Assembly (NCBI GenBank): GCA_937863685.1
Contig: CALMGM010000005.1
Location: 909,046-973,045 of the forward strand
Reading direction: 5' to 3'
DNA from: an uncultured bacterium
GTDB lineage: Bacteria > Edwardsbacteria > AC1 > EtOH8
DNA length: 64,000 nt
Made by a program: the position numbers and the translations under genes. Of the stretch, positions 18,443 to 26,285 are shown one piece after another. A model generated the notes under the pieces. The model was not told the DNA's origin and ran no database searches. It worked only from the letters and a program-made list of their open reading frames with translations. The first letter of the stretch is position 1, and the number at the start of each line of letters is the position of its first letter.

Positions 18443-18790
18443 ATGCTCAACATTCAGATATTCGGAACCAATAAATGCCGGGACACCCGGGCCGCCCAGC
18501 GCTTTTTCAAGGAGCGCCGGGTGGCTGTCCATTTCATCGATCTAAGCGAAAAACCCCTCAGCCGGGGGGAGCTGAACAGCATCAGAAGCGCAGTAGGCCT
18601 GGAGAATCTGATTGACACCGAAGGGAAGGAATATCAGAGACAGAATCTCAAGTATCAAAAATACGATATAGAGCAGGTCCTGCTGGATAATCCCGGGCTG
18701 CTCAAAACGCCCATCGTCCGCTTTGGCCCCAAAGCCACGCTAGGATACCAACCGGATGTTTGGAGAAAATGGCTGGAGGCGCCCCAATAA
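18443..18790 (+). CDS. ArsC/Spx-family (YffB-like) thioredoxin-fold protein
   Basis: IFGTNKCRDTRAAQRFF...LLKTPIV...TLGYQP pattern of ArsC/Spx/YffB family. Confidence 0.6.
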   Translation: MLNIQIFGTNKCRDTRAAQRFFKERRVAVHFIDLSEKPLSRGELNSIRSAVGLENLIDTEGKEYQRQNLKYQKYDIEQVLLDNPGLLKTPIVRFGPKATLGYQPDVWRKWLEAPQ

Positions 18791-18885
18791 TAAATCCAGA
18801 AACCTTCATTTAGCTATTGATATTACCGCCGAATGTTACTATAATATACCCGTTTATGAATTTATTTTAATCAAAGGCCGGAGAG

Positions 18886-19740
18886 ATGGTAAAATACAAG
18901 GAAAGAAACATTTTCCGGGTCAAGGATACCAGGATAGATGTTAAGCCCATAAAAAAGCTGAAACTATACGGCTTCAACAACCTGACCAAGACCCTCAGTT
19001 TCAACATGTACGATGTCTGCTACGCCAAGGGGACCAAATACGGCGGGGATTACATCAAGTACATCGACGAGGAATACAACGCCGCCCGGCTGACCAAGAT
19101 CCTCAAGGAAGTGTCATCCATCATCGGGGCCAAGGTGCTGAATATCGCCCAGCAGGACTACGACCCCCAGGGGGCCAGCGTCACAATGCTGATCTCGGAA
19201 CAGCACATGCAGGTCGAACACCCCGATTTTCCGGACGGCCAGGCCGAGAATCTTCATTCCGAAGCGGTGGTGGGACATCTGGACAAGAGCCATATCACGG
19301 TGCACACCTATCCCGAGAGCCATCCCCACAACAACATCAGCACCTTCCGGGCCGATATCGACGTCTCCACCTGCGGGATCATCTCCCCGCTGAAGGCCCT
19401 GAACTACCTGCTGGACGCTTTTTATTCCGATATTGCGGTGATCGACTACCGGGTGCGGGGTTTCACCCGGGATGTGGGCGGCCGGAAATATTTCATCGAC
19501 CACAAGATAAACTCCATCCAGAATTACCTCTACAAGGAGGTGGACAAGGATTACCAATTGATAGACACCAACGTCTACCAAGAGAACCTGTTCCACACCA
19601 AAATGATGCTCAAAGATTTCAGCATCGATGATTACATCTTCGGCTCCGGCCCCAAAAAACTCCGGACTCGCGACAAGGTGAACATCAAAAAAATGCTGCA
19701 CAAGGAGATGGCGGAGATATTCTTCAGGGAGAACATATAA
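18886..19740 (+). CDS. speD: S-adenosylmethionine decarboxylase proenzyme (class I, SpeD type)
   Basis: [25 protein letters not shown]...[12 protein letters not shown]...[20 protein letters not shown] closely parallels E. coli SpeD. Confidence 0.85.
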   Translation: MVKYKERNIFRVKDTRIDVKPIKKLKLYGFNNLTKTLSFNMYDVCYAKGTKYGGDYIKYIDEEYNAARLTKILKEVSSIIGAKVLNIAQQDYDPQGASVTMLISEQHMQVEHPDFPDGQAENLHSEAVVGHLDKSHITVHTYPESHPHNNISTFRADIDVSTCGIISPLKALNYLLDAFYSDIAVIDYRVRGFTRDVGGRKYFIDHKINSIQNYLYKEVDKDYQLIDTNVYQENLFHTKMMLKDFSIDDYIFGSGPKKLRTRDKVNIKKMLHKEMAEIFFRENI

Positions 19741-19746
19741 AAAACC

Positions 19747-19776
19747 AAAGCCGTGGCTTAAAAGCCACGGCTTTTT
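19747..19776. terminator. Palindromic hairpin family copy 5 (bidirectional between speD and feoAB)
   Basis: aaagccgtggctt-aa-aagccacggcttttt. Confidence 0.6.
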
Positions 19777-19849
19777 AAATTGCCGGAAACGGACCGCTCT
19801 CCTATCGTTCTTCTTATGTACTAGCAGGATGATGGGTGCGGTCGTGGGT

Positions 19850-21787
19850 TTACAGCCAGAGCAGATTCATCAAAAAGCCCACCAGAACAGCCCAGCCCAA
19901 GGTCAATGACAGCACCCGGACGATCCCCCGCCAGCCGATCTCCTTAAGGGCCACGAAAAATGTGGCCATGCAGGGCAGGTACAGCACCAGGAACACCGAG
20001 GCGATCACCGCCTGCTTGGGCGACAGGTTCAGGGGCGCCAACAGGGCAATGGAGATGTCCTTGCGCAGGAACCCGAACAGGATCACGCTGACCGCCTCCC
20101 GGGGCAGTCCCAGAACGTTCACCACCAGCGGCTTGGCCAGCCGGCCCAGCAATCGTATCACCCCCAGCATCTCCAGGATATTCACCGCCAGCACTCCCAG
20201 CACTATCAGCGGGGTGGCTTCCAGCAAAAAGCTTTTGATGCGCAGCCAGGTCTTGCGGAAAAGCGTTCCGGCGTGGGGGCGCTGATAAGAGGGGATCTCC
20301 ATGATGATCTCGGGCGACTGCCCTTTTAATATCCTGGTCAAGAACAGGCTGTTTACCACTGCCACCGCTATCAAAACGCCGAAAGCCAGGATCACATAGC
20401 CGATCCCGAAGCCCGACAGCAGGGAGACCATCATGGCCGACTGGGGCAGGCAGGGGGCGGCCATCAATAAAAGCGTCAAAGCCAGTATCTTCTCCCGCCT
20501 TGACTCCAACACTCTTAAAGCCAGCACGCCGGGAACCTTGCAGCCGCAGCTTAAGACCAGGGGCAGGGCGGCGTAGCCGTGCAAGCCCAGGCGGTGCATG
20601 GTCCGGTCCAGCAGCACCGCCAGGCGGGGCAGGTAGCCGACGTCTTCCAGCACCCCCAGCACTAGATAGAAGGCGACGATATAGGGCAGGACGATGGCCA
20701 GGGGGATGTAGACCCCGGTGGTCAGAGCCCCGAAGGATTGCATGAACTCAGGGGTCTGTCCGGCCAGCAGATGGCGGACCGCCGGCCAGGGAATGAACGC
20801 CACCAGCTTTTGCACCAGCGGCCCGTATAGATTTTTGAAGAAGGGATCCAGCAGGTATGTTATCAGCCCCTCGCCCAGCAATCTTATGGCCGTAAAGGAA
20901 ATAGTCATCACCGCCAGGGCGATCAGCACCCCGGAGAGCGGCCGGACGCTGGCGTCCTCCAGTTTCTCCAGCAGGCTGGGGTGCTTGTGGGTTATCCTTT
21001 GGACCTCCTGGCTGATGTGCCCGATTATATGCCAGCGTTCCTGGTGGTCGATGGTCTTAAATTCCGAAGGTTTTATTTCCCCCCGCCCTGCTCCTGCCAC
21101 CGCCGACATCACCTGCTTCAATCCCTCTCCGGTCACCGCCACCACCGGAATGACCCTGACCCCCAAACGCTTAGCCAGCTCCTCGCAGTTGATATTGATG
21201 CCCTTGTGGCGGGCGATATCCCATTTGTTGAGCACCACTATCAAGGGGATCTTTTTCTCCAGCAACTGCAGGGTCAGGTACAAATTGCGCTCCAGGTTGG
21301 TGGCGTCCACCACGTTGATTATCAGGTCGGCCTTATCTCTGGTGCAGAAATCGCTGGCCACTTCTTCGGCTTTACAGGTGGCCTCCAGGGTATAGGCCCC
21401 CGGCACGTCTACCAGCTCCATTCTTTTGCCATCGGCCCAGACGGCTCCCTTGGAGAATTCCACCGTGGTCCCGGCGTAGTTGGAGGAGACGGTGCCCAAG
21501 CCGGTCAGCCGGGAAAAGACCACGCTCTTTCCCACATTGGGATTGCCGAACAGCAGGACCTTGAAATCGTCCACCATCACAGTAACCTGTCGGGCCATTC
21601 CCTTGCCGATGGCCACCTGCCCGTTGGGGGAGGATATGACCACCGGGCCGAAGTCCGAGACCTTGGTCACCCTCAGGCCGGGGCGAAGCCCCAGCCTCTC
21701 CAGACGGGCCTGCAGTCCGTGCCCGCCGGAGACGGATTCGATCCGGGCGGCCTCGCCGTTCTTCAATTCTGATAAATTTAAAATCAT
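19850..21787 (-). CDS. feoB: Ferrous iron transporter FeoA-FeoB fusion
   Basis: N-terminal FeoA SH3-like (LKNGEAARIESV), G-protein motifs GNPNVGKS, NKWD, followed by polytopic permease; compact FeoB portion. Confidence 0.8.
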   Translation of the reverse strand: MILNLSELKNGEAARIESVSGGHGLQARLERLGLRPGLRVTKVSDFGPVVISSPNGQVAIGKGMARQVTVMVDDFKVLLFGNPNVGKSVVFSRLTGLGTVSSNYAGTTVEFSKGAVWADGKRMELVDVPGAYTLEATCKAEEVASDFCTRDKADLIINVVDATNLERNLYLTLQLLEKKIPLIVVLNKWDIARHKGININCEELAKRLGVRVIPVVAVTGEGLKQVMSAVAGAGRGEIKPSEFKTIDHQERWHIIGHISQEVQRITHKHPSLLEKLEDASVRPLSGVLIALAVMTISFTAIRLLGEGLITYLLDPFFKNLYGPLVQKLVAFIPWPAVRHLLAGQTPEFMQSFGALTTGVYIPLAIVLPYIVAFYLVLGVLEDVGYLPRLAVLLDRTMHRLGLHGYAALPLVLSCGCKVPGVLALRVLESRREKILALTLLLMAAPCLPQSAMMVSLLSGFGIGYVILAFGVLIAVAVVNSLFLTRILKGQSPEIIMEIPSYQRPHAGTLFRKTWLRIKSFLLEATPLIVLGVLAVNILEMLGVIRLLGRLAKPLVVNVLGLPREAVSVILFGFLRKDISIALLAPLNLSPKQAVIASVFLVLYLPCMATFFVALKEIGWRGIVRVLSLTLGWAVLVGFLMNLLWL

Positions 21788-21793
21788 GTTTTC

Positions 21794-22471
21794 TTATTTG
21801 TTTAGGGGAATCGCTTCCATTTCGTTAAGATAGGCAAAACCGTTTTCAACAGTGGCGAGAGCGATATGGCCTTCAATGGTGAAGGTCATATCTGCTTTTT
21901 GATACGGGCCCAGGACCTCGTCATTTAGCCTTATGTAATATGCCCCGCGGTTCTTATAAACGAAGCCGAACACCGAACCGTCTGATGAAAATTTGACTTC
22001 CGGCATATGGTCTCCGTCAAATCCGCCGTAAATGTTTTGGTTTATTTGAACGAACCATTGTGGCATGGTATCCGAATCGGGGATTTTTTGATTGTTGGTT
22101 TCGTAAGCCGCTCTTAGAATGTAAGCCCGCTCCTTTTTATAGACCAGGCCCACTTTTGAACCTTCGGGGCTGAAGCAGTATTTTGGCTTGTTGCAAAAAC
22201 TGTCTATCAGCGTTCCCTGGAAATTCTTGGTAACGCTCTTGTTGACCTGGGCAAACCACTGGCCTTTGATTTTGTATAGCGCCATGAATTTGCTGCCATC
22301 GGGGGATATATTGAAGTATTCCAGCGAATCGTATTTCGGCAGCTTGTATTTTATCTGGTCAAATGTTAGTATGCCGGTGTTTGGTTTCTGCGGCTTGCAG
22401 CCAGCCAAAAACACTAGGGCAGTCAGTCCAAGGACTGAAAATGAATAAATTATTTTCTCTTGTAGTTTCAT
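21794..22471 (-). CDS. Lipoprotein with WG-containing beta repeats
   Basis: Lipobox LAGCKP; repeated GxW(F/Y)..(V/I)N motifs; 4-nt overlap with upstream gene. Confidence 0.4.
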   Translation of the reverse strand: MKLQEKIIYSFSVLGLTALVFLAGCKPQKPNTGILTFDQIKYKLPKYDSLEYFNISPDGSKFMALYKIKGQWFAQVNKSVTKNFQGTLIDSFCNKPKYCFSPEGSKVGLVYKKERAYILRAAYETNNQKIPDSDTMPQWFVQINQNIYGGFDGDHMPEVKFSSDGSVFGFVYKNRGAYYIRLNDEVLGPYQKADMTFTIEGHIALATVENGFAYLNEMEAIPLNK

Positions 22472-23583
22472 TTGGTTTTTTTCTTGATCGTTTTGGGTTT
22501 GGAGGCTTTGTTCTGTTTCTCCATGTAGGCCAGAACATCGGTCAGGCCGTTCTTTTCGGCGATCTTTAAAAATCTCTGATAGCCCTGGGCGTAGATCTTT
22601 TCCTGGTTCTGCAGCTTTTCAAGATTCAGGCTGTCGTTGCCCCAGCAGGCGTTCATCAGGGAGGAGACATATTCGGCAAAGCCCTCCTCCAGCTCCCTGC
22701 CCTTGGCATAGGGGAAATAGGCGTCGTGAATGTCGTGGGCCAGTTCGTGGGCGGCTATATTGTAGAAGTATTTGGGGGTCAGATGGGAGAGGATATAGAT
22801 CACAAAAGTATCGCTGTCCGGCACCTTGGTTTTAGCCGTCTGATAGGTCTTCCATTTGTGGCTGTACAGGCCCTGCTCGGAAAAGACCGTTACCCCGGTG
22901 ATCCGGCCCAGCTCCCGGGCATCCACCAACTTAAAGGTTATCCTATGATCGGTGGAGAGATTCAGCTGCTGTTTGATGTCGGCCCGCACTTTTTCAAAAA
23001 GCTTTTGGGCTTGGTCCCGGGAAATCACCGCCTCTTTTTCGCAGGCTTGACATATATGGCGGCCATCGGGAAGTTCTATGGATGCTCCCGGCAGGCGGCA
23101 ATCGAGACATTTGGGCAAATCAGCGCATTGATTGCAATAGATGTGTCCGGACATCTCTTTCCAGCTGTTTAGGGGATTTTGACACAACTCGCATTTTGGC
23201 AAAGAGGTCTGATAGCATTCCTGTGAGCAATACACTTTTGAGACATCGTCGGCCGAACGGATCTGTTTTTTGGCGGGTTTCCCACAGGCGGCGCATTTGG
23301 GCAGGGATCTCTCGAAACATTTATCCGAACAGAATATTTTGCCGTTGACCTTGAGATATTCACCCTGTTTGGTCCCTTCGCCTACCGACTTCCCGCAGAC
23401 CGAGCATTTGGGGAGGGCGGCCTCGAAGCATTTCTGGGAGCAGTAGGGCTGGCCGTTGTATTCCAGAAAATCCTTGGTGATGGTTTTGCCGCAATTGGCG
23501 CAGGTCCTGGCCTGGGCCAGCAGGGCGGCGGAAGACATAAAAACCAATAAAAGAAACAAAGGAATGGAAAAATATTTTTTCAC
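22468..23583 (-). CDS. Secreted protein with five LIM-like Cys-pair zinc-finger repeats and C-terminal DA1-like HExxH metallopeptidase domain
   Basis: Signal peptide; repeats C-x2-C-x14-17-C-x3-C x5; C-terminal AAHELAHDIHD...EGFAEY resembling DA1-like peptidase. Confidence 0.5.
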   Translation of the reverse strand: MKKYFSIPLFLLLVFMSSAALLAQARTCANCGKTITKDFLEYNGQPYCSQKCFEAALPKCSVCGKSVGEGTKQGEYLKVNGKIFCSDKCFERSLPKCAACGKPAKKQIRSADDVSKVYCSQECYQTSLPKCELCQNPLNSWKEMSGHIYCNQCADLPKCLDCRLPGASIELPDGRHICQACEKEAVISRDQAQKLFEKVRADIKQQLNLSTDHRITFKLVDARELGRITGVTVFSEQGLYSHKWKTYQTAKTKVPDSDTFVIYILSHLTPKYFYNIAAHELAHDIHDAYFPYAKGRELEEGFAEYVSSLMNACWGNDSLNLEKLQNQEKIYAQGYQRFLKIAEKNGLTDVLAYMEKQNKASKPKTIKKKTK

Positions 23584-23848
23584 GGTAATCTCCGTTTTGC
23601 TTACAAGTTTTTATATTCTCTGCCCTTTCTGTTCGGGCAGAAAGGGCGAAAGACCCGCCGGGGGCGCAGAACTTAACGCTTTATATAATGATGGTGTAAA
23701 TAAGAATTATCTGGCGTGGTTGGCACACGCTTCGGAGCTATGATCGATTTTGTAATGTTTTTCGCCATCAACCGTAACTGCGCCCCCGGACCCCCAAATC
23801 TCCCGCAAATTTGGCTGGAATCCCAGGTGCGTTTTTCTTGCCAAATAT

Positions 23849-24682
23849 TCAAATGACCTTTTTAAGCCCCAGGGTGATCACGAAGATCCCCATGGACATC
23901 AGCACGATGGTGGCTCCGGTGGCGGTGGACAGGTAGTAGGAAGCGATCAACCCGGCTATGCCGGAGGCCAGGCTGATGGCGATGGACCACCAGACATACT
24001 GCCGGGTGTTGCCCGAGATGTTGCGGGCGGCGGCGGCCGGCAGTATCAGCATGGAATTTATCACCAGCAGGCCCACCCACTTGATGGATACGGTGACCAC
24101 CACCGCCACCATCAGAGAGAACATGGCCTCTATCAGCCATACTTTTATTCCCCGACTGCGGGCCAGCGAGGGGTTCAGGCTGATCAGCATCAACTGGTTG
24201 AAATACAGTACCCAGAGGACCGTGACCGCCAGTATCAATACCAGCAGGTTGCGTATTTCGGCCGGGGTGATGCTGAGAATGTCGCCCACCAGGTAGCCGG
24301 AATACCTGGCGAACCCGCCGCCCCGCGACAGGATCACTATCCCCAGGGCCACGGCAAAGGCCATGAACAGGCCGATGACGGTATCGGCCGAGGTCAGGCT
24401 GAAGCGCCTCAACCAGGAGATGGCCAAAGCCAGCAGGCCGGAGAAGACGACCATGGCCCAGGTGGGGTCGGCCAAGCCCATGATGGCGCCGATGGCGATG
24501 CCGGTCAGGGCGGCATGTCCGATGGCATCGGAGAAGAAGGCCATCTGCTGGTTGATGACCTGCGAGCCCAGCAGGCCGAACAGATACGATACCAGGATCA
24601 CCGCCAGCAAGGCCTGCTTCATGAAGGCAAAGCTGAGCCAATCGAAAGGCAGCAGGCCGGTCAGCCAGTACCACAGGCTCAT
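23849..24682 (-). CDS. znuB: Metal (Zn/Mn) ABC transporter permease, ZnuB-like
   Basis: ABC-3 family polytopic permease pattern; operon with ATPase and Fur-family regulator. Confidence 0.75.
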   Translation of the reverse strand: MSLWYWLTGLLPFDWLSFAFMKQALLAVILVSYLFGLLGSQVINQQMAFFSDAIGHAALTGIAIGAIMGLADPTWAMVVFSGLLALAISWLRRFSLTSADTVIGLFMAFAVALGIVILSRGGGFARYSGYLVGDILSITPAEIRNLLVLILAVTVLWVLYFNQLMLISLNPSLARSRGIKVWLIEAMFSLMVAVVVTVSIKWVGLLVINSMLILPAAAARNISGNTRQYVWWSIAISLASGIAGLIASYYLSTATGATIVLMSMGIFVITLGLKKVI

Positions 24683-25515
24683 ATACTTTTCTCCAGGTTA
24701 CAGCTGATGCATCGCTGACCTTCTTTGTGCTCCGGGTTTATCTCGGGAAAGGCCAGAGCCAGCTCCGGCGGCAGGGCAAAGGCCTGGCGAACCGCCTGGT
24801 TGGAAAGGACCTGGCGGGGGGTGCCGTCGGCGATGACGGTGCGGTTCAAAAAGACAATCCGGTCGGCGAACTGGGCCACGGTGGCCAGGTCGTGTGAGAC
24901 CAGGATGATGGACAGGTGATAATCCCTACGCAACTGGGAGACCATCTTGTAGAACAGCTCGATGCCGGCCAGGTCCACGCCCGACACCGGCTCGTCCAGC
25001 AGCAGCAGATTGGGCACCGGGGTGATGGCCATGGCCAGCAGCACCCGCTGCAGCTCCCCGCCGGACAGCTGCCCCAACTTGCGGTCCAGCAGATGCCCGG
25101 CCTGGACCGTATCCAGGACCTCCTTGGCCCGGGACCGGTCATTGCGTCCGATGCCCAGCCATACCGGCCGGCGGCCGGCGGCCCCGGCAAAAAGATCCCT
25201 GACGCTGACCGGGGCAGTGGCATCGAATTCCAGCTTCTGGGGGACGTAGCCCAAAAGCGGCCGATCGGGGCGCTGCCCGGCTGAATCTATGAAATGCACG
25301 TGGCCGGTGTGCGGCACTTCGCCCAGGATGGCCTTGAGCAATGTGGTCTTGCCGGCCCCGTTGGGGCCTATCACGGCGGTGAACTGACCGCAGTGGACGT
25401 GCAGGTTGACATCCTCCAGTATCCGGTTCTGGCCGAAGGTCACGCCCAGCTTCACCAGCTTGGTGCAGCAATAACCGCAGGATCTGTCGGATATAATAAT
25501 ATTATCAACGGCCAT
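24679..25515 (-). CDS. znuC: Metal ABC transporter ATP-binding protein, ZnuC-like
   Basis: Walker A GPNGAGKTT, signature LSGGELQRV, Walker B LLLLDEP; start set at MAVDNI (ORF track 25542 likely over-extended). Confidence 0.8.
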   Translation of the reverse strand: MAVDNIIISDRSCGYCCTKLVKLGVTFGQNRILEDVNLHVHCGQFTAVIGPNGAGKTTLLKAILGEVPHTGHVHFIDSAGQRPDRPLLGYVPQKLEFDATAPVSVRDLFAGAAGRRPVWLGIGRNDRSRAKEVLDTVQAGHLLDRKLGQLSGGELQRVLLAMAITPVPNLLLLDEPVSGVDLAGIELFYKMVSQLRRDYHLSIILVSHDLATVAQFADRIVFLNRTVIADGTPRQVLSNQAVRQAFALPPELALAFPEINPEHKEGQRCISCNLEKSI

Positions 25516-25930
25516 GGGTGGCTCCGTTTCGGCCCTTGTCAAGGCATTTGGCGCAGCGGCCGGTAAGCTGCATCTGCCAGTCGATCACGGTGAACTTATC
25601 CTTCAGCTGCTTTTCCACGGCGTTCAGGATGCTGTCATCCTTCACCGTGCCGATCTCCTGGACCTGCCCGCAGTCGCTGCACACCAGGTGTATTCCCGGG
25701 GTGCCGGCCAATTCGTAATGGGCGTGGTTCTCCTGGAGATAGTTTCGTTTGACCAGCCCGGAGGCGGTCATGGCCTGCAGGGAGCGGTAGACGGTGGAGA
25801 GGTGAATATTGCGGCCCTGCGACTGCAGGGACTGCCAGATCTCCTCGGCCCGCAGGTGCTTCCCCTTGGCCCGTTCCAGGATGTCCAGGATGCTGCGCTG
25901 AGCCTTGCTGGTTCTGGTTTGGTTTTTCAT
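25505..25930 (-). CDS. zur: Fur-family metalloregulator, likely Zur
   Basis: HLSTVYRSLQ DNA-binding helix, CSDCG and C..C metal sites; start set at MKNQTRT so that the operator palindrome is upstream. Confidence 0.7.
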   Translation of the reverse strand: MKNQTRTSKAQRSILDILERAKGKHLRAEEIWQSLQSQGRNIHLSTVYRSLQAMTASGLVKRNYLQENHAHYELAGTPGIHLVCSDCGQVQEIGTVKDDSILNAVEKQLKDKFTVIDWQMQLTGRCAKCLDKGRNGATHGR

Positions 25931-25939
25931 CGATTTAAT

Positions 25940-25988
25940 AATGCGAATTATTCGCATTCATTATAATATCCCCGGTCCGGTTTGTCAA
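25940..25988 (-). promoter_or_regulatory. Sigma70 promoter (TTGACA-N17-TATAAT on minus strand) with 19-bp perfect palindrome AATGCGAAT-T-ATTCGCATT (Zur/Fur box) overlapping the transcription start
   Basis: Plus-strand tgtcaa 25983-25988, attata 25960-25965, palindrome 25940-25958, ATG(minus) 25930. Confidence 0.65.
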
Positions 25989-26083
25989 GCCGATATTTAA
26001 CACAAATCCAAAGGCATCACTTTTTTCTACTCTTAAATTATGGGGACTAGAACTGCACAGAAAAGACCATATAAAATCTCTTT

Positions 26084-26108
26084 GTGTCTTGGTGTCTTGG
26101 TGGTTAAA
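26084..26108 (+). promoter_or_regulatory. Tandem direct-repeat motif GTGTCTTGGTG-TCTTGGTG-GTTAAA upstream of lpxC-fabZ; near-identical copy at 58019-58045
   Basis: 24/26 identity between the two copies, both just upstream of essential operons. Confidence 0.35.
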
Positions 26109-26210
26109 AAAGACCTGGATCGCTACGCAAGCAAAGGCAAAAGCGTTCTCGCGATGACAGGATCATTTGAATCAGCGTTGATCAGCGTCCCATAGGTTCC
26201 CTAAAACTAT

Positions 26211-26239
26211 TTGACAATATTTTTTTTTTAAGGTATTAT
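26211..26239 (+). promoter_or_regulatory. Sigma70 promoter TTGACA-N17-TATTAT for lpxC-fabZ operon
   Basis: ttgaca 26211-26216, tattat 26234-26239, ATG 26286. Confidence 0.55.
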
Positions 26240-26285
26240 TACACGATAACACCATAGCATTTTTATCGTTATAAGGAAATATACC

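Noticed and set aside
19114-19701. 195-aa minus-strand ORF inside speD
   Set aside because: Antisense to a highly conserved SpeD sequence. No start context or motifs.
14498-19776. Hairpin-gene-hairpin units as integron attC cassettes
   Set aside because: The palindromes are only about 30 nt with a single perfect stem, and lack attC R/L core sites (GTTRRRY) and extrahelical bases. No intI or attI is nearby. Treated as a REP/terminator-like palindrome family instead.
23584-23848. Hairpin gccctttctg-ttcg-ggcagaaagggc downstream of znuB as terminator
   Set aside because: There is no U-tract on either strand after the stem. Possibly a protein-binding or RNA-stability element, but not supportable as an intrinsic terminator.
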